This document shows positions 26,696 through 34,706 of a stretch of DNA of 64,000 nucleotides, piece after piece (within the stretch, counting starts at the first letter, position 1; the number at the start of each line of letters is the position of its first letter). This DNA is from Shigella phage JK32, in sequence record MK962753.1, one strand, 5' to 3'. Under the pieces are notes generated by a model. That model was not told the DNA's origin and ran no database searches. It was given only the letters and a program-made list of their open reading frames with translations. The translations under genes and the position numbers were made by a program.

Positions 26696-27019
26696 TTAAC
26701 CGTAAACTACCACAATATTCTGTTTGTGTGTTACAGTCCATTTCAGGTCGATCTCTTCTTCCTTCTTAACGCCGTTAATAACGTCTGGATGAGGAACTTT
26801 ATTAAGTTTCCCATGAGGAAGCAATACAGTCTTGCCCAGCAATTCTTTATCTACAGTTTCACCAATATCAATAATCTTACCTACCAGCGGAATCTCGCCC
26901 ATAGTGCGCTTTTGCTCAATAATGATCCCCATAGAGCTTTTTACTTCGGTCCCTGCGCTTTCTGCTTTAGCTTCGATAATTACATAATCACCAAGTGCTT
27001 TAGGAGTTTTAACGGTCAT
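26696..27019 (-). CDS. 31: co-chaperonin gp31 (GroES analogue)
   Basis: 107 aa; resembles remembered T4 gp31 including NKVPHP motif. Confidence 0.8.
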   Translation of the reverse strand: MTVKTPKALGDYVIIEAKAESAGTEVKSSMGIIIEQKRTMGEIPLVGKIIDIGETVDKELLGKTVLLPHGKLNKVPHPDVINGVKKEEEIDLKWTVTHKQNIVVVYG

Positions 27020-27060
27020 AATTTTATTACCTCTTCAAATCAATACAGTTTAATGATGAA

Positions 27061-27381
27061 TTATTTATAAATTTCGACGATCTGCGCTGGAGTCAGCCCG
27101 TCTACATTAATCAGACTATCAAGCCCAAAACTACGGAAACCTTCAACTGCAATTTCATATACTGGCAAAGATGTTTCTGATTCTTTACGCGGTTTTTCAA
27201 CATTCGGAACTAACCACTTTTCGTATGTTTCAAACGGCATCAGTGCCGGATCTCTCGTAGCGATCATCTCGCGGACAGTACCATCTTTCTTAGTAAACTG
27301 CAAAGAGTGAGTACCGACCGAAAACATTTTCTTTAGTGCTTCACGAAGTGCGATATTATCAATTTGTTCGGTCATTATCAA
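27061..27381 (-). CDS. hypothetical protein (106 aa)
   Basis: ORF between cd and 31. Confidence 0.55.
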   Translation of the reverse strand: MIMTEQIDNIALREALKKMFSVGTHSLQFTKKDGTVREMIATRDPALMPFETYEKWLVPNVEKPRKESETSLPVYEIAVEGFRSFGLDSLINVDGLTPAQIVEIYK

Positions 27382-27874
27382 TACCCTTCAAATCAGTCAA
27401 TAATGCTTTTGGAATACGCGTGATCGTAATATCTGCATTATTAAGAATATCAGCCCAATCACGCCCACCATTTCGATCATATGTGTCGCAATAGTATAGA
27501 TGTTTAATTCCACTGTTTGCAATTGCTTTAGCGCAATCTGGACACGGTGAAGCAGTACACCACATACTAGCACCTTCAATCGATACACCGCTACGGGCAG
27601 CAAACAAAATAGCATTTAATTCAGCATGGATCTCGTTTTTCTGTGACCATGCACTATGTTCTGGTCGTTTTTCTGGGATCATTTTGCCGTCATCATCCAG
27701 CCAACCGCTTTTATGTGCATGACAGCTACAATTTACTTGCCCTGCTGGAGTGCCGTTAAATCCAGTAGAAATGATTCGCCCGTCTTTTTCAATTAGTGCG
27801 CCTACCTTCCACGAAACGCATTTAGAGTTCTTTGCGATTAGATAGGCGATCTGCATGTAAGTTTGTGACAACAT
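27359..27874 (-). CDS. cd: dCMP deaminase
   Basis: 171 aa; zinc-binding deaminase motifs HAELNAI and PCPDCAK. Confidence 0.9.
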   Translation of the reverse strand: MLSQTYMQIAYLIAKNSKCVSWKVGALIEKDGRIISTGFNGTPAGQVNCSCHAHKSGWLDDDGKMIPEKRPEHSAWSQKNEIHAELNAILFAARSGVSIEGASMWCTASPCPDCAKAIANSGIKHLYYCDTYDRNGGRDWADILNNADITITRIPKALLTDLKGIDNDRTN

Positions 27875-27895
27875 AATATAATCCTCACATATTAA

Positions 27896-28099
27896 TTAAC
27901 CGTATACGCGAAAGTATTCTACTGATCCGTCGCTATACTGTTTTACATTGAATGTATTCACACCATGATCATTGCTCATAATGACATATACACTACGACG
28001 CTCATCACCAAACGGGTTAACTGGTGCGGGTTCAATTTCAACATTAAAACCACGTTTAGCAAGTGCTTCGCCTAATTGCTTGAGTTTATCGGTAAACAT
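27896..28099 (-). CDS. hypothetical small protein (67 aa)
   Basis: ORF abutting pseT stop. Confidence 0.5.
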   Translation of the reverse strand: MFTDKLKQLGEALAKRGFNVEIEPAPVNPFGDERRSVYVIMSNDHGVNTFNVKQYSDGSVEYFRVYG

Positions 28100-28998
28100 T
28101 AAAAGTCTCCGTAGTTAACCTGAAAACATTCTACACCAATTGATCGGTACATGTCAACCACTTGATCACGGTCATCTACTGCCAACACAACATGATAACG
28201 CGGTGCAATTTCAGAGAAGAAAATCTCTTTCTTCACTTCATGATCAGGACGACGATCATTAGTTTCACGTTGAAAGTGATCACTAGGTTCGATACCTTGT
28301 TCACGCAACCATTGCAGCGTATCTTCCTCGCAAACATCCTCACGTCCTGAGCACGTAATGATACGATAGCCATTATCACGATACAGTTTAAGCATTTCGA
28401 TCACTTGCGGACGCGGTTTATCTTCTTTGACCTTTGTCCAGTCAAACGGATGACGACCGCCCTTATCCGCTAATGTTCCATCAATATCAAAGATCACTGC
28501 CTTCGGCAGCATGGTATTCGGTTTGTATACTTCTTGACCCATATATTCCTGCATCAGATAAAATTGGTTACGCAAATGAGAAAGTGGAATTGCTTTCTCG
28601 CCGCGATAGAAATTACGTTTCTTTAGTGTCTCAAATGATTCATTGAACACCTGTTCAGTATACACCGCGTTAAATTCTTTTGCAAGTTCTTTGTAGAATA
28701 CACGATGTTTTTCTTTCAGGTTAGTATCAGAGACAATGATACTCAATCCGCGTGATAGAGTCTCACGAGCAATCATTCTCTGAATAGACTCTACCAGCTT
28801 TTCTTTTTCCTTAGTATACTTGTATTTCAAAAGTGAGTCAACACCAAACAACATAAGACGAAGATCATCGCGATTCACATTACGATAATTACTAAACCGT
28901 TTACATGTTTCCATAGCCCATGTAGTTTTACCAGACCCAGAACAACCAACGGTTAAAATCACTTCACATTTCGGCATTATTTCTCCTTCGGTTTGCAC
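28099..28998 (-). CDS. pseT: polynucleotide 5'-kinase / 3'-phosphatase
   Basis: 299 aa; P-loop GCSGSGKT at N-terminus and HAD-type DIDGT phosphatase motif; matches T4 PseT architecture. Confidence 0.9.
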   Translation of the reverse strand: MQTEGEIMPKCEVILTVGCSGSGKTTWAMETCKRFSNYRNVNRDDLRLMLFGVDSLLKYKYTKEKEKLVESIQRMIARETLSRGLSIIVSDTNLKEKHRVFYKELAKEFNAVYTEQVFNESFETLKKRNFYRGEKAIPLSHLRNQFYLMQEYMGQEVYKPNTMLPKAVIFDIDGTLADKGGRHPFDWTKVKEDKPRPQVIEMLKLYRDNGYRIITCSGREDVCEEDTLQWLREQGIEPSDHFQRETNDRRPDHEVKKEIFFSEIAPRYHVVLAVDDRDQVVDMYRSIGVECFQVNYGDF

Positions 28999-29429
28999 CG
29001 TTCCTCATTAAGTTCTTTGCGATAATAACACATGATCAACTTACTTTCAAGTGTATATCTCTTGATATCCGCAAGCCAGACTCTGAATTTTTGGGAGTCC
29101 TCCCACGACATAGAAACTCTAGGTTTACCGTCTATTGTATCCACTTTCAGGTCAATGTCAACTTTTTCTATTGGTGCTGGTAGTGGAGGATGTAATTTCG
29201 GTTCCTGTGAATAATGGTCCATTGTACACGAAGAAAGAGCAAATACAATAGGTACAGCGAAGACATGGATTATGGCGGTCTGAAAATTCTTATGTGCTTT
29301 CTTAAACATCCAGTGTATCACGAAAATTGAAAACACCATCAGGATAATAATGCTTGCACCTATCCCCAGATAATCAACCAGATTAAAATTGCTTATCTGC
29401 TCTTGCGTAGGCAATATTTCTATGCTCAT
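28977..29429 (-). CDS. hypothetical membrane protein (two predicted TM segments)
   Basis: 150 aa with hydrophobic stretches; ATGA coupling to upstream gene. Confidence 0.55.
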   Translation of the reverse strand: MSIEILPTQEQISNFNLVDYLGIGASIIILMVFSIFVIHWMFKKAHKNFQTAIIHVFAVPIVFALSSCTMDHYSQEPKLHPPLPAPIEKVDIDLKVDTIDGKPRVSMSWEDSQKFRVWLADIKRYTLESKLIMCYYRKELNEERCKPKEK

Positions 29430-29749
29430 TTAGTAGCCTCCTTTAATTCTTCGGTAAACTCCTTAAATGAATCATTAAGCTGTTTCTCTACCAACTTGGG
29501 TTTTTGTGCTACTACATAGCCTCGTGTAGCGTCTTTCATTGCTTTGTTTTGTTCTTCGGCAAACTTAGTTCTTATTCCGTACATCTCCTTTTGTAGCGAG
29601 TCTACAATCTTCATCTTCTCATCTGTCTTTTTCTTATACTCTGTAAATTCCTGATTCAGTCGATCTACCTCCTTTTTATTTTCCCACCACATATTGCCAC
29701 CTATCCCCAACAACACAGATATGATAACAATGTATATCAGCTTTGACAT
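29426..29749 (-). CDS. hypothetical membrane-anchored coiled-coil protein
   Basis: ATG at 29749 (MSKLIYIVIISVLLGIGG, N-terminal TM) followed by Lys/Glu-rich helix. Confidence 0.55.
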   Translation of the reverse strand: MSKLIYIVIISVLLGIGGNMWWENKKEVDRLNQEFTEYKKKTDEKMKIVDSLQKEMYGIRTKFAEEQNKAMKDATRGYVVAQKPKLVEKQLNDSFKEFTEELKEATK

Positions 29750-29764
29750 ATTACCCCCAACGAC

Positions 29765-29789
29765 AAAAGGCGGGGAACTAGCCCCGCTT
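29765..29789 (-). terminator. rho-independent terminator
   Basis: GCGGGGCTAGTTCCCCGCC hairpin then TTTTG on minus. Confidence 0.55.
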
Positions 29790-29793
29790 ATTA

Positions 29794-30963
29794 TTACCAA
29801 TCAATCTTATCAGCCGGAATTAGTTTCTTATAATTCCGTAGATAGTAAGTTTTCATTGAAGCCAGAATACGGTCATAATCAAGACCATCAAATGCAATCA
29901 TCAGACACATGAAAATATATGCTTGTGCATCACCATGTTTACGTGATTCGATAGTCGCATTGGATGCATATGTCTTTCTGTCTTCTCCCGCGTGTGCGTT
30001 ATAAAATTCTGTTGCTGTCGTGAAGGCATTGCGAAGAATAGACCTGAATGCTTCCTCGAATAGCTCGATTCGTTCCAGTGCTTCCGGTTCGCCTTCATAT
30101 GCAGCACGCAAATCATCGGTTTCACTTTCTACGACATAGTAGATCAGGTTATTAGGAAACATCGATGTGTTTTTAATGTTATGCACACCAATATACCATT
30201 CACTCTTCACCTTGAACATTTGACCGTCTTTAGTGCGTGCAACAATTCCTTCGATACCTTCTGCGGTCCGAACTTCATCAAGAATATTGCTAAAACGCGC
30301 TGAATCAACCTGTAACGCATTTACCAGATGAGGACGTAGGATTGCATCAGCAAATAGCATTTGATGCGGTACATACTCTCCTGTGACGTTATGGCGTACA
30401 TTCAGAAGTGTTAGCGACGGTTCAGAATATTCTACAACAATTCGGTTGCTGGGTGCTGTATATTCAAAGTTGAAAGTATAATCAGACCCGATATCGGCGA
30501 TCTTAGCGCGTAGATCCGCATACTTCTCTGAATACAGAAGACCGTTTGCTCTCTCCGCTTGGCTTGAGTACAAGGCCGCTTTAGACTTCAACTGAACATA
30601 GCCGTTATCAATGTATGTGCTTACTAGACTACCGTCCATTTTGTCCATGACCATTTCCACATCTTCCGGCTTAAAGCGAGAGCGTTCATTCTCACCTAAA
30701 TTAAAAAACTTCTCCATAGGACGAGATGCAATGCGGACAGGTCGGTCTTTATCATCGATTTCAAACATGATCCCGCGACACTCTAACGCATCTGGTTTAT
30801 TCCACATTTCCGGTTTGCTCAAGTACAAATAACTAAAAATGCGCATACGGGTTTGCATCGCCGTAATTTCATCTTTGTAATAGAACGTATCAGATCCGTC
30901 ACATAGTGTCATCAGATTTTTGAACAATGCTAAAACTTTTTTGTTGTTTTCTTTTGTTGACAT
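29794..30963 (-). CDS. rnlA: RNA ligase 1
   Basis: 389 aa; ligase motif KMDGSL and LECRGIMFE block as in T4 RnlA. Confidence 0.85.
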   Translation of the reverse strand: MSTKENNKKVLALFKNLMTLCDGSDTFYYKDEITAMQTRMRIFSYLYLSKPEMWNKPDALECRGIMFEIDDKDRPVRIASRPMEKFFNLGENERSRFKPEDVEMVMDKMDGSLVSTYIDNGYVQLKSKAALYSSQAERANGLLYSEKYADLRAKIADIGSDYTFNFEYTAPSNRIVVEYSEPSLTLLNVRHNVTGEYVPHQMLFADAILRPHLVNALQVDSARFSNILDEVRTAEGIEGIVARTKDGQMFKVKSEWYIGVHNIKNTSMFPNNLIYYVVESETDDLRAAYEGEPEALERIELFEEAFRSILRNAFTTATEFYNAHAGEDRKTYASNATIESRKHGDAQAYIFMCLMIAFDGLDYDRILASMKTYYLRNYKKLIPADKIDW

Positions 30964-31360
30964 AATTTGTGTTCCATTCTGGTTTAAATTTGGTGATCAA
31001 AACAGGTTCTTCGATATCGGCAGTGCTTATAATATCTTTACCCGTTGGATTCTCTATGTACAACTCAAAGCACTGGCGGTAATAGAATGTTACTGTCTTC
31101 CCTTCCTCTAGCGCCTTATGAATATTCTTACTCTTGCGAGTATCCGCCGTTGGTGTCTGTCTGTTAATGCTAGTCCGGTAATAGTTGATCCGCTTTCTGA
31201 GATTAACAGTCTGACCAATGTATACCAGTTCATCATCAACCGCAATAGCGTAAAGAACATTTAAACGGTTCTTCTGAGGCGGTAGAATCACATCACCATC
31301 TTTACACTCTAAACATGAATATTTAACGAATCCATAGTTTTCTATTAGCTCATTAATCAT
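30899..31360 (-). CDS. denA: endonuclease II (GIY-YIG family)
   Basis: Strong match to remembered T4 DenA (NVLYAIAVDDELVYIGQTVNLRKRINYYRT); SD GAGGAAAGGA. Confidence 0.85.
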   Translation of the reverse strand: MINELIENYGFVKYSCLECKDGDVILPPQKNRLNVLYAIAVDDELVYIGQTVNLRKRINYYRTSINRQTPTADTRKSKNIHKALEEGKTVTFYYRQCFELYIENPTGKDIISTADIEEPVLITKFKPEWNTNYVNKRKQQKSFSIVQKSDDTM

Positions 31361-31380
31361 TATCCTTTCCTCACGTCACA

Positions 31381-31403
31381 ACAAAGGCGGGATTTCTCCC
31401 GCC
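31381..31403 (-). terminator. rho-independent terminator
   Basis: GGCGGGAGAAATCCCGCC hairpin then TTTGTTG on minus. Confidence 0.55.
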
Positions 31404-31410
31404 CACCTTA

Positions 31411-31809
31411 TTAACTTTCCAGAATATCGCGAGCTTCGTTACGCTCCTTGATGATTTTCAGGACAAATTCCAGTTTTTCTTTGTTCAGTGTTCCGTTTTC
31501 CATTGCTTCTTTGACGGTAAGCACTCCGCCACCTTGCCCGTATACAGTGACAGTGATTTCACCTAACATCGTGGTATGAAAACCGCCAATTTTCGGTGAT
31601 TCGAAAGAAACAATCACCTCACGGATAGTATTGCCATCGTTGATTTCTTCCAGCGTAATATCGCTTTTGTAAGCGGTTGCTTTAACCATACGGATCAGCA
31701 TAGTCTGATCTGGGGAGATGGTCATTTTGTCCATTGCATGTTGCAATGCAGCGTAACCGAAAACTTTAACGAAGTCCAGAACGTCTTTGCGAGTTTGAAA
31801 TTTAATCAT
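31411..31809 (-). CDS. hypothetical protein (132 aa)
   Basis: SD AAGGAG; early promoter upstream. Confidence 0.6.
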   Translation of the reverse strand: MIKFQTRKDVLDFVKVFGYAALQHAMDKMTISPDQTMLIRMVKATAYKSDITLEEINDGNTIREVIVSFESPKIGGFHTTMLGEITVTVYGQGGGVLTVKEAMENGTLNKEKLEFVLKIIKERNEARDILES

Positions 31810-31850
31810 CTTGATACTCCTTAGTAAGTTAGTTTCGTTTCGATGGGGGT

Positions 31851-31879
31851 ATATTACTACCCCCGTTTCAGGCTGTCAA
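31851..31879 (-). promoter_or_regulatory. early promoter with inverted repeat around -10
   Basis: TTGACA, 17 nt, TAATAT; GGGGGTA ... TACCCCC inverted repeat. Confidence 0.6.
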
Positions 31880-32101
31880 CTACTTTTTAATGACAAGTTC
31901 GAATTTTGCTACCTTACGTCCTCGTTTATTGAAAGCAACCCACGGACGGTTTTCAATGTAGAACAATTCTTCACCAATAATGAATACTGGCTGATTGTAA
32001 AGGCGACCCATCAGGTCACGCTGGCGAATGGTAGTAGATTCGTATACTTCGCCTACTACAAAGTGTTTGCTGATAGAGTCGGTGCAGATAAATTTCATTT
32101 T
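31880..32101 (-). CDS. hypothetical small protein (73 aa), MK-x2-C family
   Basis: ATG at 32101 with SD GGAGAATC; paralogous to 34471..34638 and 59493..59699. Confidence 0.55.
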   Translation of the reverse strand, partial: KMKFICTDSISKHFVVGEVYESTTIRQRDLMGRLYNQPVFIIGEELFYIENRPWVAFNKRGRKVAKFELVIKK

Positions 32102-32126
32102 GATTCTCCTTTGTTTCGATGGGGGT

Positions 32127-32155
32127 ATATTACTACCCCCGCTATTCAGTGTCAA
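32127..32155 (-). promoter_or_regulatory. early promoter with inverted repeat around -10
   Basis: TTGACA, 17 nt, TAATAT; near-duplicate of promoter at 31851..31879. Confidence 0.6.
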
Positions 32156-32162
32156 CTACTTT

Positions 32163-32381
32163 TTACTTGTTGTATTCATTCCACCATTGGGTTAGCTTAT
32201 CAATTATTTTTGTGTTTCTATCCAACTTCTCCCACCGTTTTCGAGGGTTTATCAACCGGAATAGGTAAGGTGTACTTGTTAAGTGAACTCGGTCAATGTA
32301 GTGATTGATGTACTGCTTTTCAATTCTAAGTTTCATCTTTTTACGATGAAAATATGCAATGACTTGTTCTTCTGTTTCCAT
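32163..32381 (-). CDS. hypothetical small basic protein (72 aa)
   Basis: SD GGAGGA. Confidence 0.55.
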   Translation of the reverse strand: METEEQVIAYFHRKKMKLRIEKQYINHYIDRVHLTSTPYLFRLINPRKRWEKLDRNTKIIDKLTQWWNEYNK

Positions 32382-32405
32382 ATGTTCCTCCGTTTCGATG
32401 TGCGT

Positions 32406-32434
32406 ATTATGCTATGGTAAGATCCGATTGTCAA
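32406..32434 (-). promoter_or_regulatory. early promoter
   Basis: TTGACA, 17 nt, CATAAT. Confidence 0.65.
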
Positions 32435-32444
32435 CACCCAATAA

Positions 32445-32470
32445 CAAAAAAGTCGCCACTATGGGCGACT
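32445..32470 (-). terminator. rho-independent terminator
   Basis: AGTCGCCCATAGTGGCGACT hairpin then U6 on minus. Confidence 0.65.
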
Positions 32471-32481
32471 TTGAACAAACA

Positions 32482-32958
32482 TTAATCATGACCGTGATTT
32501 GCAATATCCGCTCGCGTCTTGTCTTTGTGATTTCCTACGTCAAAGACACGATAGCCGTTTTCTCTAAGAACTTTAATCACTTCTGGGTTATCCTCAAAGA
32601 CTCCGACAACTTCATCTTTATCAAAGGATTTAATTACCTCTAATTTGATGTGATAGTCTTTACGGGAATCGGTACGGCCTCTCATAAAGATTTTATCAAA
32701 ACACACTCCGTTAGAAATTAACCAATCAATTGTTTCCATGTAAGCATGTGAACTTCGTCCGGTGAGGATGTAAATCAAATGACCGTTGTCAGAAAGAGCA
32801 TTGATAACACGAATTACATCGTAAATGGGGGAATCTCCCCCACATGCCTTGTTATATTCGATCCATGACTCGACTTTATCAAGATTTTCGGTTGGCATCT
32901 TTGCTAGTCGATGCGTTGGATCTGTGATCGTAAAATCTAAATCGACAAAATATATCAT
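32482..32958 (-). CDS. HAD-superfamily phosphatase-like protein
   Basis: 158 aa; DLDFT motif I, LTGR motif II, Lys and FEDNPE motifs; ATGA coupling to nrdB. Confidence 0.55.
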   Translation of the reverse strand: MIYFVDLDFTITDPTHRLAKMPTENLDKVESWIEYNKACGGDSPIYDVIRVINALSDNGHLIYILTGRSSHAYMETIDWLISNGVCFDKIFMRGRTDSRKDYHIKLEVIKSFDKDEVVGVFEDNPEVIKVLRENGYRVFDVGNHKDKTRADIANHGHD

Positions 32959-34115
32959 AGATATTTCCCGAATCGGTTGTAGTCGTCGTCTGTTAAATCG
33001 GTATTAACCTGAGATACCAGATACATAATCTCTACTTCTTGCGCCGCGTTTTGAACTTCGTCAGAGTTCAACCATTTACGCATCCACGGTAAAGGATGAC
33101 GACGAACACTAAACGGGCTTTTCAGTCCGGCAGCACGCATACGGGAATCTGCCAGGTATTCTACATAGGTTTTCAGAATTTCCGGTGACAGGTTAGGAAT
33201 TGCCCCCATTGCGAATAGGTGGTCTACCCATTCTTTTTCTTGCTCGACAACATCCAGAAAGATTTTCGTTGCTTCGTCTTCAAGTTCTTCCGCAATCTGT
33301 TTCCACTCATCACCGTCAGCCCCCGTTTGCCATTGACGAATAATGTATTGTGTGCCTTTTAAGTGAAGTTGTTCATCACGCGCAATAAATTTCATGATCT
33401 TCGCGTTACCTTCCAGTAAACCACGTTCGGCAAAGCTGAAAGTACATGCAAAGGACACATAAAAACGGATTGCTTCCAAAGCATTAACGCAGTGTGCACA
33501 CAGATAAATCGACGCCATCAGATCTCGTTTTGTATCTTCAAAAAATCTTCTTGCATCATCTAATGCTGTCTGGTCTTCTCGGTCTTCCCAATAGCGGAGA
33601 TCTTCTTTTGCATTCTCATACTTACGAATCCAATAAAGAACATCATCATAATATTGCCCGATAGATTCCGCTCGCTTCATGATAGCAGGGTTATCGATGA
33701 TCTGGTCAAACTCACTAGCCGGATCAATGAAACAGTTACGCATAATGTGAGTATAACTGCGGCTATGAATTGTCTCGCTGAATGTCCATGTTTGCAACCA
33801 TGTATCGAGAGTCGGATCAGATACAATTGGACCAAATGCTGCGGACGGTGCGCGACCTTGAATAGAATCAAGTAATGTCTGATACTTCAAGTTTTCTGTA
33901 AAGAAACGTTTTTCAACATCGCCCATATTAAGATATTGAATACGGTCGGTTGCAAGTGAAATCTCTTCTGGACGCCAGAAAAATGACAGAGATTTTTCAA
34001 TTAATTCTTCAAATACTTGATGACGCTGAATATCATAGCGAGCGATACCCAACCCACTACCCAGAAACATTGGTTCGTTCATAATATCAACATGTTCGCG
34101 GTTAAATACGCTCAT
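32955..34115 (-). CDS. nrdB: ribonucleotide reductase small subunit
   Basis: 386 aa; diiron/tyrosyl-radical R2 fold features; SD GAGGTGA. Confidence 0.9.
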   Translation of the reverse strand: MSVFNREHVDIMNEPMFLGSGLGIARYDIQRHQVFEELIEKSLSFFWRPEEISLATDRIQYLNMGDVEKRFFTENLKYQTLLDSIQGRAPSAAFGPIVSDPTLDTWLQTWTFSETIHSRSYTHIMRNCFIDPASEFDQIIDNPAIMKRAESIGQYYDDVLYWIRKYENAKEDLRYWEDREDQTALDDARRFFEDTKRDLMASIYLCAHCVNALEAIRFYVSFACTFSFAERGLLEGNAKIMKFIARDEQLHLKGTQYIIRQWQTGADGDEWKQIAEELEDEATKIFLDVVEQEKEWVDHLFAMGAIPNLSPEILKTYVEYLADSRMRAAGLKSPFSVRRHPLPWMRKWLNSDEVQNAAQEVEIMYLVSQVNTDLTDDDYNRFGKYL

Positions 34116-34130
34116 TAATTCACCTCACTA

Positions 34131-34298
34131 TCACTTTTTAACACAAAAGAACTTAGTATTTCTGTTTATTTCTCTATCCTGTTGCAATTCCTGCATGGCT
34201 TCAAAACAACTTTGATGTGATGAAAACTCTACGCTGGTAACAGTTCCTTTATTATATACCCCGACACTAACGGAAAGCAATAACCATAATGTAGCCAT
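34131..34298 (-). CDS. hypothetical small protein (55 aa, below track cutoff), tandem paralog 1
   Basis: Hand-translated, starts MATLWLLLSVSVGVYNKG; start overlaps stop of upstream paralog (TAATGGCTAC junction). Confidence 0.4.
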   Translation of the reverse strand: MATLWLLLSVSVGVYNKGTVTSVEFSSHQSCFEAMQELQQDREINRNTKFFCVKK

Positions 34299-34471
34299 TA
34301 GTTCACCTTCTGCTTTTCAATGCAATACAGATTCATAAAGCGTTTATTGTCTTCGCGGATAATCTCGCGAGCTTTAACGCAATCCTGCTTTGTTGCAAAT
34401 TCAATGCTTGACATGTTTCCGTAATTATACATTGAATTGCTTATTGCAATCAATAACCATACAGTAGCCAT
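34298..34471 (-). CDS. hypothetical small protein (57 aa, below track cutoff), tandem paralog 2
   Basis: Hand-translated, starts MATVWLLIAISNSMYNYG; same TAATGGCTAC junction. Confidence 0.4.
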   Translation of the reverse strand: MATVWLLIAISNSMYNYGNMSSIEFATKQDCVKAREIIREDNKRFMNLYCIEKQKVN

Positions 34472-34638
34472 TATCCGACAACCTCAAAACATTTATCATC
34501 AGGAAGAATAGCCCATTCTACGCCGTATTCATCCTCAACGTAGTAGCAAGTCCCATCATGTCGAGCATCATATACATCACCGACAACAAAGCTATCAGCT
34601 AGCTCAAAATCTACAGCAACACATTTTAATTTTGCCAT
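34471..34638 (-). CDS. hypothetical small protein (55 aa), MK-x2-C family
   Basis: ATG at 34638 with SD GAGGA. Confidence 0.5.
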   Translation of the reverse strand: MAKLKCVAVDFELADSFVVGDVYDARHDGTCYYVEDEYGVEWAILPDDKCFEVVG

Positions 34639-34669
34639 AATAAAATCCTCATTTGTTTTTGATGGTTGT

Positions 34670-34698
34670 ATTATAGCGGGGATTTCTCCCCGCGTCAA
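34670..34698 (-). promoter_or_regulatory. early promoter with palindromic spacer
   Basis: TTGACG, spacer CGGGGAGAAATCCCCGC, TATAAT. Confidence 0.65.
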
Positions 34699-34706
34699 CA
34701 CTTATT

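Noticed and set aside
34676-34693. GC-rich hairpin that looks like a terminator downstream of nrdA
   Set aside because: It sits exactly as the 17-nt spacer between a TTGACG -35 and a TATAAT -10, so it is interpreted as part of a promoter cassette rather than a terminator.
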